Shown here in pieces: positions 11,490 to 25,800 of a stretch of DNA of 64,000 bases. The position numbers and the translations under genes are program-made. Position 1 is the first letter of the stretch. Every line of letters begins with the position of its first letter. Under the pieces are notes generated by a model. The model was not told where the DNA came from, ran no database searches, and was given only the letters and a program-made list of their open reading frames with translations. Source of the stretch: Proteromonas lacertae (taxonomy: Eukaryota). The stretch is from positions 62,001-126,000 of the forward strand of contig NGBS01000881.1 in the NCBI GenBank assembly GCA_002245135.1, written 5' to 3'.

Positions 11490-14400
11490 TGTTAATATTA
11501 TCTAGTGTGATAATGTTGCTATTCAAAATAAAGCCAAATCATTGTTTATATCAGTAGCAGGAACAAGATATTATACTAATAATAATGATGTATATTTATT
11601 TATATTTCTTAATAGTTATGTGGAATGTTGTTAGATTATACTATTAGAATTATCAATAGTTCAAACAATTATCAGATTATTAATCGCGCTTTGAGTTTTC
11701 TTATCTGTCTATTATATTATGTTACTGTATTATTTGTTGCTTTTCCTAAGAATGGGAGTAATAATCTGTATGATATATATATTCATTTATAGAGTTGATG
11801 AATTGGAGTTTTTAAAAGATTTTGGATTTTCACTACATATAGGTTATGAGAACTGCTCTTATTCTATTGTTTTACCAAGTTTTACAGTTTATAGTCTATT
11901 AAGAAAAGCATTAGCTATGCAATTCAATGTTCAGGATTCGCAAATAAAAATAAGAACTAAAGAATTTGAAACTAATGTCTGTGGTAATTATGTGACATAT
12001 AATTATGTAGATATTAACAAAAGAATAGACTTCACTGTATTTATATATTATATATATTGATATAATGTAGAAGAATAATATATTTGTAGATATTAGTGGT
12101 GGTTTCAAGCAGGATGTACAATTCTTAGAGGATAAAAAAGCAATTCTTGGACAATTTCTACACTCTTATTCACAGCTAGAAGTTGTATTGAATAAGTGTT
12201 TATCATGCAGTGATAATGAAATAGCAATAACTGCTTTTCATATCTTGGAAAAGTATTATTTAAATACTTCAATATCAAATGATAATCAGTTTAATGATGG
12301 ATGGGAAAAGGATTTTGATCCAAAATATCCAATGAAGTTTTATTATTCACTAAGAAAATTAAAAATTGCTCAAAAGAAATATAAATTTAATAATAGAGTG
12401 GATGATGATGATGATGAGTATGGAGTAGAATATAATTCAGATAGAGAAACATTTTCTGATTGTTCAACAGATTCTGATAATTATGGTAATAATTATAACA
12501 ATTTAAGAAAATCAAATTCAAAAAAGAGACAGAATGAATGTGGTCCATATGATCAATTCATTGATCTAGGAGGTTTAAGAATGTTATTTAGTTTCATTAC
12601 TGAATTTGATTTAGTCAATTTCGAAAATAAGCAACAGTGTATTACTTATATTGAAGTATGTAAATGCTTGTTTGAAGAACAACAATTGGTTAGATCTGAA
12701 TTTCCTATTGGCATATTAATATCCACTCTTTTCAATCATATTATAGCATTATATAATATCTTACCAAAGCATATTGACACTGATGAATTGAATCGTCTTC
12801 ATGAAATTCAAGTAAGAAAGAAGAAAAGAGATTCAAAATATAGCACATTATATAATAGTGATGATGAAGATAATAACAATAGTAATAGACAGATAAATGG
12901 AAATTGTAATGATTATCAAGTTCAAGCATTATTAGATATATATGATAGAATTCACAATCTATACCAATCAAATTCAATTATTATACCTGATGATGTTTTT
13001 AAGCAAATTATATATTTGGGAATTCTGTCAATTGCTAATTATGAAATTAGAACTAATAGTTATAAATTGTTGAAATTAGTATCTCAACACGAACCTAGAA
13101 GAATATATGAAGTTTGTTTACCGCTCTTTCAACCAGAGAATATTAAAGAATTATATTAGTATAATATTATATGATTTTGTATATATATATTTATGTTATA
13201 GTCATGCTGATAGTGTAGAAACATTCGTTGAAATGATTAATGATTGTCATGAATTTTATGATGATAATTTCATTAGTAGAATAATACAATGTTTAAATGA
13301 TCATCCAGTGTTAGAAATGGATGAAAATGACGAAGATACAATCTTACATATGTATTTAACAGTTTTATTGAATTATTTTAACGACCATCAAGGAAGTGAA
13401 GAAATAAAATCTCAATTATTTGATTTATTATTAAATGGTGTTTTGTTTGATAATAATTCAACCAAACCATCCTCCTTATCATCATCATCTTCTTCTTCAA
13501 CATCAAGTGTAAATGTAGTAAATCTTCCAAAGTGTAAAGGAAAAGGATCAGTAACTGTTGGAATGAATTTGTTACAAACATTATGTAAAAATAGTCCTAC
13601 AAGAATAAAAGTAATATGTGATATTATGTCAAAGAGAATATCAAAAATGGGAGGTAATGACAGTGATGATAATGATGATAATAGTATTACAGATGTTAGT
13701 GACAATAATAATCAAAATAAAAAGAAAGTAAAGAATAATAGTAATTATTATTATACATATTATAACCGTTATCAGACAAAAAGTGCTACTGGTTATGTTG
13801 GATTAAAGAATAGATGTTGTTTATGTTATATGAATTCAAGTTTACAACAGTTTTATATGATACCAAAATTCAGAAAAGCAATTCTTAGTATAAATTTACC
13901 AATTCCTGAAGATCCAGAACATGATTTGATCTATCAATTACAAAAGATGTTTTCATATTTACAAGACAGTGAAGAAGTTGATTATGATACTTTTCAGCTT
14001 ATAAAAGCACTTAAAAACAGTGATGGTTCAGATATTAATCCTGCTGAACAGCAAGATTCAAACGAATTTGTTTCATCGTTTTTACAACAATTAGAGAATA
14101 AATTAAGCGGAACAAATTATGAGAAGATATTAGATGAATTATTTGGAGGTACTTTAGCTGGAGAATTAAAAGCAAATAGTGTCACAAATCCTGATAAAGT
14201 ATTACATTCAATTCATACTGATCCATATTTGTTTTTATCATTGGATGTATATAAGATTGATGATATTCAACATTCATTAGAAACATTTATATCTGGTGAT
14301 CAAGTAGAATATAAATGGGAAGAAACTAGTGAGAGTTTAGATACTACTAAAAGAACATCAATTAAATCATTACCTCCTTGTTTGATTATTAGCTTAAAGA

Positions 14401-16645
14401 GATTTAGATTTGATTATGAAACATTACAAAATATTAAAGTAAATAGTAGGTTTGAATTTCCATTAGAATTAAATATGAAGAATTATACATTAGAAGGAAG
14501 AGTAGATTCTCCAATTATTGATGAAAATGATAAAGATACAAAGAACAGAACTGAAGATTATTATCATTATAAATTACATGGTGTTGTTGTTCATGCTGGT
14601 ACAGCTAACTATGGTCATTATTATAGTTACATTAACAACAGATTCAATGATAATTGGTACGAGTTTAATGATTCATTTGTTGGTACATTTGATGTTCATA
14701 GTTTAGAACATGAGTGTTTTGGCGGAGAAGAAACTTATGGTAGCTATTATAATCATACTGTTGAGAAATCAAGAAACGCATTTATATTATTTTATGATAG
14801 AGTTGATGAATATAATCAATCAAATGATTCGATATCTAGCACTGATCTTGACCCAATGTTTTGTGGTGGATCTTTAGCAGAAAGAAGAATCCATTTAGAA
14901 AAAGAAAAGAGACTTCAACAATTACAGAAATTCCCAATACCAGCTCATTTTGTAAAAGAAATTGAAGAGAATAATAGAATAGTATTATCAAATAGATCAT
15001 CAAACCAAGCAATTGATGAATCTTCATATATCGATAATATTGCTAATTTAGTAAAAGATATCATGAATAATAGAGATGTAAATACTTATGATAAGAGTGT
15101 GTTTGATTCTATTACTGATCTTGCCGTATCTGTTATTTTTAACGAAAAGCAACAGAAATCTGATAGCTTGTGGTATAATATTTTGAATTATGCAATTGAG
15201 AAAAACAAAGATGGCACTTATAATAAACTATACAATAAATTCTTATATTTGACTGTTAATATTAAGGATATGGATAGCATTTCTGATATTAGAATATCAG
15301 ATTTATTATATGATTTATTGAAACACTTTTATGAGCAAGAAGATGTTGTTAATAATACAATACCGGTAGATACTCCTGATTTATGTACAGTTCAAGGAAA
15401 TGAAATGACAAAGCAACCACCAATATGTAATTCTAAAGTATTAAATATTTCTCACAATCTCTTCAAATATATAAATTATAATTATAAATCATCCGAAAAG
15501 AATGAAGTTATATGTATTCTGTTAAATAAAATCTGTTCAATATCATATAAACTGGTGAAATATTTTATTGAGTGTAGATTATTTGACGTATTACTAAATC
15601 ACATTTGTAATGGTAAAACAAACTTAAAAGATATCACTGAACATTTTGTTGATAGAGATAAAGAGGATGAGAAAAAAGGAGGTTACTATTCTACATCAAC
15701 TTTAAGTTCTGAAGAAATGGAATTGTTTTATAGTTTATTTGAAAGATTGAAATATAATTATAAATTGAAATGTAGTGAAACAAGAACTGATTATGTAGCA
15801 ATAAAATTTTCAAAAGAAGCAGATGATTCATTGAAAAGTTGTGATTTCTTGTTGGGATTACTTAACAATTTTGAAGATAACAAGAGAGATATAATTAAGA
15901 AAATTATCAACCAAATGTATCAAAATTATGATGATGATTTTATTCGATTGTTTTCAGAATTTGTGGAAAAAATGGATGATAATAAATGTGATTCTGAAGA
16001 AGCTACTTATTTTACATACGTATATTTCTTTGTAATATTAATTATATATTGTATAGTATTTATTAACAAGAGGTAAAGAAAATCCAGAAACATTAATTAA
16101 AGACTTTGAAAGAATAGTAACACCATGGATAGATAAAATAGCAAAACAGAAGTCATATAATGCATTCAATCACTTTTTAGGTATTTGTAGAGTATGCCAA
16201 AGATGTCCTTCAATTCATAAAATACTATTAAAAAATATACAGAATAATCCATCAAATTACGAAATAAAAAGTTCTTATCCTAATTCATCAGATGTTGATT
16301 GTATATGTTATATTCTTTATTTGTTTCATAGTTAAAAAATTATTATATGGAGTTGATAATTATAATCATTATGGCAGTGATAAATATTTAAAAACTATTT
16401 TTGATCCATATAATAGTTATGGTGAATATGTTCCTCTTCCACGCTTAAAAATTGATTATTTTGAACCAGAAAAATGCATTGGAGTGCTATACTCTTCTAA
16501 AACAGGAAAGAAGAAAATTATTAAATACGATGCAAAGAAGAATAAGTTTATTGTCCAAGGTGGATATTCATCTAATGAAACGTATAGTTTAATAAATATT
16601 ATTTCTTATAGATTCGATTCTTATTATTTTGAAAAATTTGAATGA
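8467..16645 (+). CDS. Large ubiquitin-specific protease (USP9/24/34-like), multi-exon
   Basis: Cys box GYVGLKNRCCLCYMNSSLQQ, QQDSNEF, LKRFRFD, His box GVVVHAGTANYGHYYSYI, WYEFND; ORFs 8467, 9254, 12188, 13107 and 16292 are separated by short GT-AG introns (not every junction checked). Confidence 0.85.
11457..11482. repeat. (TA)n microsatellite in an intron
   Basis: Run of TATATA... directly after the intron's first G. Confidence 0.85.
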
Positions 16646-16930
16646 ATTAATCAATCCTGATTTTATTATTATTATTATGATATATTTCTCATATGTGTTT
16701 GTATTTTTATTTTTAACGAAACTCCACTTATTTCTTCAACATATTACATTCTCTAAGTACTGCTTAAATATATTTCCTATGAAAATCTTATTTTTACAAT
16801 TTCTACAAAAGTAAATTCTCAAACTTGTTTGTCTCATTTTTTTTCTTTTTAGAAGTAATAATGTCAGGTGGATTTATCTAATAGAATATTAAAACTTTCA
16901 GATTATAGAGATAAAATTCATCTAAAGGAA

Positions 16931-17786
16931 ATGTTTGTCAAAAAAACTCCGTCAAACCTAAATAAAGATGAAAGAAAGAAAAGAGATTATAAAATTATAC
17001 ATGAAATGTGCAAAATAAATAAAATAGAGTTAAAGAATGATATGAACAACAGAACAGCAGAGTTCATAAGGATGTTTCAAAATATAACGCCACCAGGGGT
17101 AATAAATTCAGATTTAATGGATATACTTGATGGATACATAATTGATTTATATAATGGTATAAAAATTACTGATATAAAAGAGATTGATTCTATAGAGTGT
17201 TATTCCCCTCAAATATTTAAAAATCCATCTAAACTGTTTTTATGGCAAGGTGATATTACACATTTGAGAGTAGATGCTATAGTAAATGCTTGTAATAATC
17301 AGTTGTTAGGTTGTTTTGCTCCATTACATATGTGTATAGATAATGCAATACATACTTTTGCAGGTCCTCGTTTAAGAGATGATTGTGATATAATTATGAA
17401 AATGCAAGGTTTTAAAGAACCAACAGGTGAATGTAAAATTACCAGATCCTATAATTTACCATGTAATTATGTTCTACATACAGTTGGTCCTATTTATGAA
17501 GAATACGAGGATAAGAAAGTCTGTGAATCATTGTTAAAGAGATGTTATATAAATTGTTTAGAGTTAGCTGAAAGAAGTTGGAGATATTCGAACTGTAGCA
17601 TTTTGTAGTTTATCAACTGGCGTATTTGGATATCCAATTAAAGAAGCTGTTAAAACAGCAATGTTGACAGTTGATGATTGGATTTCAAATCATCAAGATA
17701 GTAAAATAAGCAAAGTGTTGTTTAACTTATTTTCTGATGAAGATTATAAAGTATATGAAGAGTTTATAAAAACAAAGAAAGAGTAA
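16931..17786 (+). CDS. Zn-binding macrodomain ADP-ribosylhydrolase (SirTM-associated bacterial/fungal type); one frame break near 17572
   Basis: LWQGDITHLRVDAIVNACNNQLLGCFAPLHMCIDNAIHTFAG, VLHTVGP; conserved VAFCSLSTGVFGYP lies in the +1 frame after 17573 and ends TAA 17784-17786; no introns seen; start could lie slightly upstream. Confidence 0.85.
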
Positions 17787-17820
17787 TTTAAATTATTGTG
17801 TATTTATTATATATTTTTTA

Positions 17821-18305
17821 TCAATTTATTGTATATTTATTACAAATATCCATCAAGAAATCAAATTTGTCATTATCATATATACTTTTCTTCAAATCTT
17901 CAATTATCATTGTTTTTCTCTTTCCATCTTCTGTATTAACCCAAGAGTGTAATGTCAAATCATTTATAAACAATTCACATGCTTTAGAGAGTATAACTTG
18001 AACTTCTGGATTAACACTCTATACTTATTATTATTATACATATTATACAAGCACAGTTTCAGAGTATTTTATTGTATCTATTTTTAAATCAAATGAAGCT
18101 TGACCTGCAAAATCTTCAGTGTTTGAATCTATTGCTTTAACAATCTCCTTTTGATTTTTCCAGTAAGACTTCATCTGGTTATCAAAACTTATTTCATGTA
18201 GTTGTTTTCTCTTCTATGTTATACTATAACTACTTTCATAAATACTTGTTGGATAGGTATAGGAGTAGGTGTAACTTTTGTATCAACATGGTGCAATTTT
18301 AACAT
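17821..18305 (-). CDS. NFYC: Nuclear transcription factor Y subunit C (HAP5)-like histone-fold protein
   Basis: Spliced translation SYWKNQ...VILSKACELFINDLTLHSWVNTEDGKRKTM...DKFDFLMDI; absent from the ORF track because of 2 introns. Confidence 0.75.
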
Positions 18306-18494
18306 TCATTATTTTGTTGTTAACCCACTTAGAGTAATGAAAAACAAAGAAAAATGAAAATAATAATCAAACAGACATTCGAACTATTATTATAAAATGT
18401 TGATTATAAACATTTCTTATTGTTATTTTTTATTGCAACACTCACATACATATTTTAATAATAATAATATAACAAATTCTATCTCTTTTATCTT

Positions 18495-21400
18495 TTATAA
18501 TCTTCTGAGTCCTTCATCTTTTATCACTATTGATTCATACCAAGCATAACACCCTTGAATAATACCAACAACAGATAATACTTGAATAGTTGAAATATCA
18601 CTTAATAAACCAACTGCAGCAATAGGCACATAAGATATAAATGCTATTTTCTGTATATGATAATTCCAAAAATAGATATTTGTTGTTATAAGTGATGGTA
18701 AAATACAAATAATTAGAATAGAATTCTTAATAAAATAAAATGATCCAAATTCATTACTATCATTATCATCATAATTATCTTTCATGATTCGAAAGACTCG
18801 ATGTAATAAAGAAATAGTAATTGACCAACAAATGGGTGAATATTTTGATAATGTTTCATTATAAAACTTCAATAACAAAATATCATGTTGTAAACATAAC
18901 AACAATGAAGAGATTGCCAAATAACATATTATCCAATCTTTATAAGACACTATCAATATATAAGCAGAGAAATATCCATAGATTGCTGAAATATTTCCTA
19001 TAACTGCATGCCAATAATAACCTTTCTGAAGAATCTCATTTGCTGACATTTTAGCATATCTAAATGAAGTTACTTTACTAGTAAATGCTAACAGTATTGA
19101 AATAAATGTAAATAATGATAAAGAAGTTTGATAACATGCTTTATAATAATCTATTCCATTTTGTATTGGATAATTCTTGTATAAATAATTAACTAACAAA
19201 AGAAGAGCAAACAATGATGATATTAATCCACAATAAAACCATAACAATAACTTGGATGTAAATGGACTTGGATATAGTAAGAATATCAATGTTAAAGTAA
19301 ATAATACAAACATAATACTCAATATTATAAAAATAGATAATCTCAAAGGATAGAAATTACCAATAATGTATAAACTTAGACAAATTCCACATATTACACC
19401 ATAACATATTCTTAAAAACAATGATTTCTTTATTGATACTATATCCAATACAACTACAAGTGTAACTCCAAATAACATTATTAATACCCATGGTGGCCAA
19501 AGTGGTTGTTCATTATTATCACTTTCAAATGGTAAAGATCGATTGATTATTGCATTATATATATCTAACATTAATAAATGGAATTGTATTTCTGGTTGTA
19601 ATATATATAATAATGAAGCTATAACGAATAAAATCAATACAAAACGATGTAAATATGGAGATAAATTAATAGAGAATTTATCATAAAACAGTGATACAAT
19701 TCCCCAAATAATTAAAGTACAAGAATTGACAACTGCATTTGGAACATAGGATTGGAATAATATTGAATATAAATGATGTAACATTGAATATCTTAATAAA
19801 TACAATATAAATCCACTCAGAAATATGCAACTACAAATATATTCTATTTTATTATAACATATATCAATGAATAATGGAAATGTAATAACTCCTACAAATA
19901 ATAACACTAACCAACTTTCTTTATTACTAAAACCACATAAAATAGATAGTTTTCTTAAATGTATAATGGTTAAAAACCAAGGATATACATTATTCACATG
20001 TTTTTGTTTATATATTCTCTTTGAAATGTATAATCCAATTGCACAAGTTATCAATAAGAAATATGAGTTATATATTCGATTATACTTATTTCGATAAAAT
20101 ATTTCTTCATTGTATAAACTCATTTCTAATAAAGTAAAGCAGAATGAATGTATTATTAACAACAACAATGAATAAGGACGAGTATTATCATTATTATACA
20201 ATGGTGGAAATAGGAGAATGATAACTGCGAATAATAACAATAAATATGCAACATTAGTAAGCGAAAGGGATGGAATTGATTGAAAATGAAAAGTAAAAAC
20301 ATGATATTAAGGAAATAAAGAAGAAAATGCAATTGAATTAAAATGATATTCTAAATACCAATATGTCTTTTGAATAAACCAATGATATGAACAGATAATT
20401 CCAACTATTATTGAAACATAAGTCTAAATAAAAGTCATTATAAAATATACATAAAATGATTTCTTAAAGAACAATTCTACACTTTTATATACAGCAAATG
20501 TTAATATTGGAATATAAATAATATTAACTCCAAATAAAAAACACAAACAAAATGCACTTATTGTCATACAACTTTTACCAAATTTCTCATTATTTTTACT
20601 ATTTATTATATACAGAGAGATAACTATATATTGATACTTGTTAAATTCCAATATATAAGATATTGGGAAATATAACAACAATAACAATGATATAGTAAAG
20701 AATATAAAATTGAAATAAGTTGATAATACCATAAACTGATTACAGATTTTATATAATATTCGAAGTTCAAAACCAATTGTAAAAAATATTAATGACATTG
20801 CTGTTGCTAATTTCAATAATAATGAATAAAACTTTTCTTTTTCTATTAAAATATAATTATCTAGTCAATATACGATAAACAGCTAATATCTTATAATGAT
20901 TATAATAATGTAACAAGATAATTGGTGTTGAAGAAATCATTAATAATTCACTTATATTATTAACATCAAAATGTATAAAAATCAAATTGAAATTAACAAT
21001 CAAATGAATTGTATTTGGTATAGCAAGGAAATAGTATAACATTATACTTGTATCTTTCTTCCTTAATATTCTTAATTCTAATTATAACAAATACTTATAT
21101 AATAGATACGAAGTGGAACATTATAATTATTCTTCATATAAAATGATATATTGGATTTCAAAAATGAAGATTGTTGTGGAATAATGAAATAACTGTAATA
21201 TATTACTGTAAATATAACAAAAAACATTGATATATGTGTTGAATGAAATACTGTTATTACAACCCAAACTAACAGCAATGGCATTATTATTGGTATAAAC
21301 ATAAACAGTAATCTTTCCAATACTAATACTGACTTTGGTTCATCTCTTTGGATAAATTTGAACTGTAAAGTAATCCATATGCCAAATAATATCAATAATG

Positions 21401-21860
21401 AAAGCAATATCAAAACAACTAAAAAATTCCATATTGAGTATTCTAGTAGTGGTATTGCTGATAACCATATTGAGACAGATGATATTACAATTGTAAGCCA
21501 CACAGAACCAATTGTACTATATACATTTAATAAAAATATATAACTAATATATATTTATACTATTCTTCAAACCCAAATAAATCGAATGTATAACTAATTA
21601 TACTTCCTGTAATTAAAAACCCTACCATTCTATACAGAGAGAAAAATATTGAAATGTTGATACAGTTTCCCACAAAATGCAATTAAAATTAACAGACCAG
21701 GTAATAAGCTAAGAAAAACTCTCATGTTATATTCAAAGCCACAGCTAACAAAACTGACTATTTCTTCTTTAGCTTTGCTTTCTTTTTGATTATCTCCATC
21801 ATTAGAATCACTTGAATGATTATCACTACCAACTAAACTACGATGAGTGATATTTTGCAT
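18495..21860 (-). CDS. NO EXINE FORMATION 1 (NEF1)-like polytopic membrane protein, multi-exon
   Basis: FEYNMRVFLSLLPG and GIWITLQFKFIQRDEPKSVLVLERLLF resemble plant NEF1 (WASLQFKWIQ..P..V..LERLLF); many TM segments. Confidence 0.7.
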
Positions 21861-22842
21861 TTTCAAAAAATGAGAAAATACAAAAATACAAAATTAATAC
21901 AAATTTGTTGTGTATTATAATTAATTCAAAAAATCAATAGAATGCGAATGTAAGCCAGCCAGAAATTATTCGAACAATAAATATACTTGCTTAAATAGAT
22001 AAATTATAGATAGATAAATTACCAAATCAACATAAATGATGTAATTGTGGTATTAATGTTTATATCAATGTAATAATGGAATAAGAAATGAACTTATATT
22101 ATTTAAATCAAATGCTAGTATATATGTTGTATTAGGTAAGTTAATAAGTGAATATATATTACTTGATAAAGAGTTTACTGGTGATGATTAAAACCATATA
22201 CAAATATCAATTATCTTAAAATTCTATTAAAACAATTACACATTTAGCAAAACAAGAAACAAATTATGATTTATAACTAAACATAGTTGTAATTATGATT
22301 ATTCAGAAATTGATGATATAAAAGAACATCATTAATCATACATATAGACATTAATTCTTTGATTAATGAGTGTAACTGAAATTGAATAAAACGAATCAAT
22401 TTCAAAAAATCCCAAAATCATTTTTTCAATAAATTGTGAGAGGATGGTTAGATATGTGGTGGTAATGGTTATGAGGGAAATAATTACATCACATAGTTAT
22501 GCTTAATCAGAAAATGATGCTCAAAATTATAAATTACAAAAATTATGATGTAAACAGTGTTAATGAGGTAATGTAATGCTAATGAAGGTGATGATAATTT
22601 TAATTGGTAATATATCTGGATTTATTATTAATCGACATGTAGAAAAGAATTATAGAAGTTATTAATGTAAAGATTTTTAATTCTATTCTACAAATATACA
22701 ATCTAATGTAGTGACAGAAGGATGTGGCAGCAGTTTATTTGTTTTTTGAATAATCAGAAAACCATCAACCGAACTTCATTTTTATTGGTTAAAATCATTG
22801 ATCTCCAATCACGATCGAACAATCCAAGATCTTTGAATCAAG

Positions 22843-25800
22843 ATGAAATACATCTTTATTATTGCTATTTGGCTTAGTGGTATATATATTTATATTCAAA
22901 CATATATTATTTATCATAGCTGCAAGTGCATTACAGTGTCAAAGTGTTCTTGAAGAATCAATTTCTATTTTGAGTGCCCCAACCCCAATTTTTATCAACA
23001 TTGTATGTAGCGGTTCACCAATAGCAAAGAGTGCTAGGTTTTCTCCAATGTTACCAAGTTGGGCAAGTTATTCAGTTGGATTCACTGGTGTTCAAATTAC
23101 AGGTATTCCAATTACTTATTTAGAAAGAACTACTTTTACTGTAACAGTTATAGATGGTGGTAACTCGGAGCATGTGGTCACTTTCAAAATGAGAGTTGAT
23201 GATATGATAAAAAGCTGTAAGTATGAGATAGATGGTCCAAGTGTTACTGCACCATACAATCAATTTGTGATCTTACCTGCTCCAGCATGTAGAGCCGCTG
23301 CTTACAATTTCACAGTAATATCTCCACAAAATGCCAATTATTTGAAGTTAACCAATGGTCAATTAGAAATTTATGTTACACAAGGAACTGTTGTAGCCAA
23401 TGAGATTGTATTAAATTGTGCGAATCAAGTTAATTCAGTGCAAATTACAGTTCAGCTACAAGTCACATCTGATACAGAGACTGCTAAAGGTGTTAGTTCA
23501 TTATATAGTCCAAATAATTATATCACTAGGCCACCAGATGATATTACTCCATTTTTGAACAAATTTCTTGATGGTTCATTAAATGATGGTTTGACAATTG
23601 CTCCAAAGTTCTGGTCAAATAAAGCAAGTGAAGTATTACCAATGTATGCTTATCATTATGAATATTATCTTGAAATGAAAAGAGCTTATATTTCAGCTCC
23701 ATCAGGTGAGAATTATGTGTTTAAATATAGAGGTGATGATAATTTATGGTTTTATTTTGGTGAAAGTTACAGATTCATTGATAAAACTGATAACTGGAGT
23801 GATGAAAACACGTTTACTATTCGTTTAGAAGCTGGTATGAATTTATTAACCTTTATTCATTATGGTGGAGGTGGCGCTAATGATATGAAAGTACAATATC
23901 GTAGAGAGACTGAAACTGATTTTGTTGAAATACCAACTGATGCTTTAACACCCTATCATTCAGTAGTTACTTCATTTAAATATGCAACTAATGATTTACG
24001 TATTAGTCCAACGTCAAGTGGTCATATATTACCAACAGTTGAAGGATTTCCAACTCAATTCACTTGTACACCAATGCCACCATCAGGTATAACCTTTTAT
24101 GAATCAAGTGGTATTATTGAATATAATGGAGCTCAAGAAATGCCAAGAACAGAGTATCTAATAAAGGCATGTAGTATATTCAATTGCATTACAAAGAAAA
24201 TGTATATTTCTGTAGTTGGTTCAAGTTCAAGTACATACCAACAAGGATTAGAAGCTTCTTACTATTCAGCTGATGAACCATTAACATTAAAGACAATACC
24301 AAAAGTACCAGGTCCTGGTTTTACTGAAGTATACAGACGTATTGATAGTAATATTAATTCAATATCATTTGATAAGTTTTCATCAAAGATGAGTCAAAAC
24401 TTTATAATCATCTGGGAAGGATATCTTACAGTTCCAACCAATGGAATTTGGGAATTTACATTGCAATGTAATGATATATGTAGAATGGAATTAACATTAC
24501 CAAATAGCGAAATATTCACAATAGAGAATATAAATACCAAAACACAGTTAACAAGAGCAACTCCAAGTGAATTAACAATTGATCCAATGAAAATAAAAAT
24601 TACTTATGGTAAAGGTGTTATAAGTACTGGATTTACTCCAAATGATTTCCAACTCAAATTTGCTAGTGCAAATTATCCCATTCAACCAATTCCAGCTAAT
24701 AATTTGAAGTACTCACTTAGTCAGTCACTTTCTTACACTTATCAAATAGCTACTTATTTAGCTACTCAGCCAATTCCAGATAATAATCCTATTACTGCTA
24801 GTGGAACTGTTGCACTTTCCAATTTCGCTGTTGATCCTGAATTACCATCAGGAATGATTATTCATCCAACAACTGGTGTAATAGCTGGAACTCCAACAAC
24901 ATCATCAGCATCTTACGATTATGTTATTACAGCTGATAGTGGAGGTGTTCCATATTCTGCTACTGTTACAATTGGAATCGAAGCATTTATTCAACCAACT
25001 GATTTCTCTTATCCAAGTGTAATTGGTCAAATTCCAAATCCAATAACTCCAGTCACACCTACTATCAACAATGCCTTAAATCCTCGTTTCTATGCTGATG
25101 AATTGCCATATGGTTTAAATATTGATCCAATCAATGGTACAATCTACGGTATTGCAAAAGAATCTGCTGGTAAACAATTCGTAATAAAATGTATAACAAA
25201 TGCAGCAACTGTAACAACCAATGTTCAAATTAATATAAGCCCTTGTAGTGGAAATGGTATATTAATTCACGGACATTATTCAGTTCAGGATGGTGATGTA
25301 TCTGCAACAGTGAATGATGCAAATGGTATTACATATTTTGCTGGAAGAGATCATGAACAAGATACAATTTACAGTTATCAAGTCTGTGTTCCCCAGAATT
25401 CCAATATTACATTCATATTTACTTCCAATTGTCAGAAAGGAGGATGGTTTACAATCAACTTTGAAGGAAAGAATAAGATTCACTATGAAGAATATCCTGG
25501 AATTAGAGCTGGTGTAAGAATCAACTTCATTGCTGCCCAAAAATCTCCAATTATTATTTATCCAAAGAGTCCAATTCCAATAAGAGTAGGCGAATCAATG
25601 TTTACATCTCCAACAATAGAAGGTGGTGCTTATGAGTTTACAATTAGTCCAAGCCAATTACTAGAAGGATTATTCTTTAATACAAGCAATGGTGCTATAT
25701 CAGGTATTTTAAAGGAACCTCCATCTTCATTTCAAACATTTACAGTAAGTGGTACTGGTTCAATGGGACCTGGTACAGTTTCAGTATCATTTGATGTAAC

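Noticed and set aside
21900..22840. Long intergenic regions (also 56520-57620) as possible ncRNA or element sites
   Set aside because: No recognisable tRNA/snRNA motifs, TIRs or TSDs seen by eye; both precede the giant surface genes and may be regulatory; a covariance-model search would be needed
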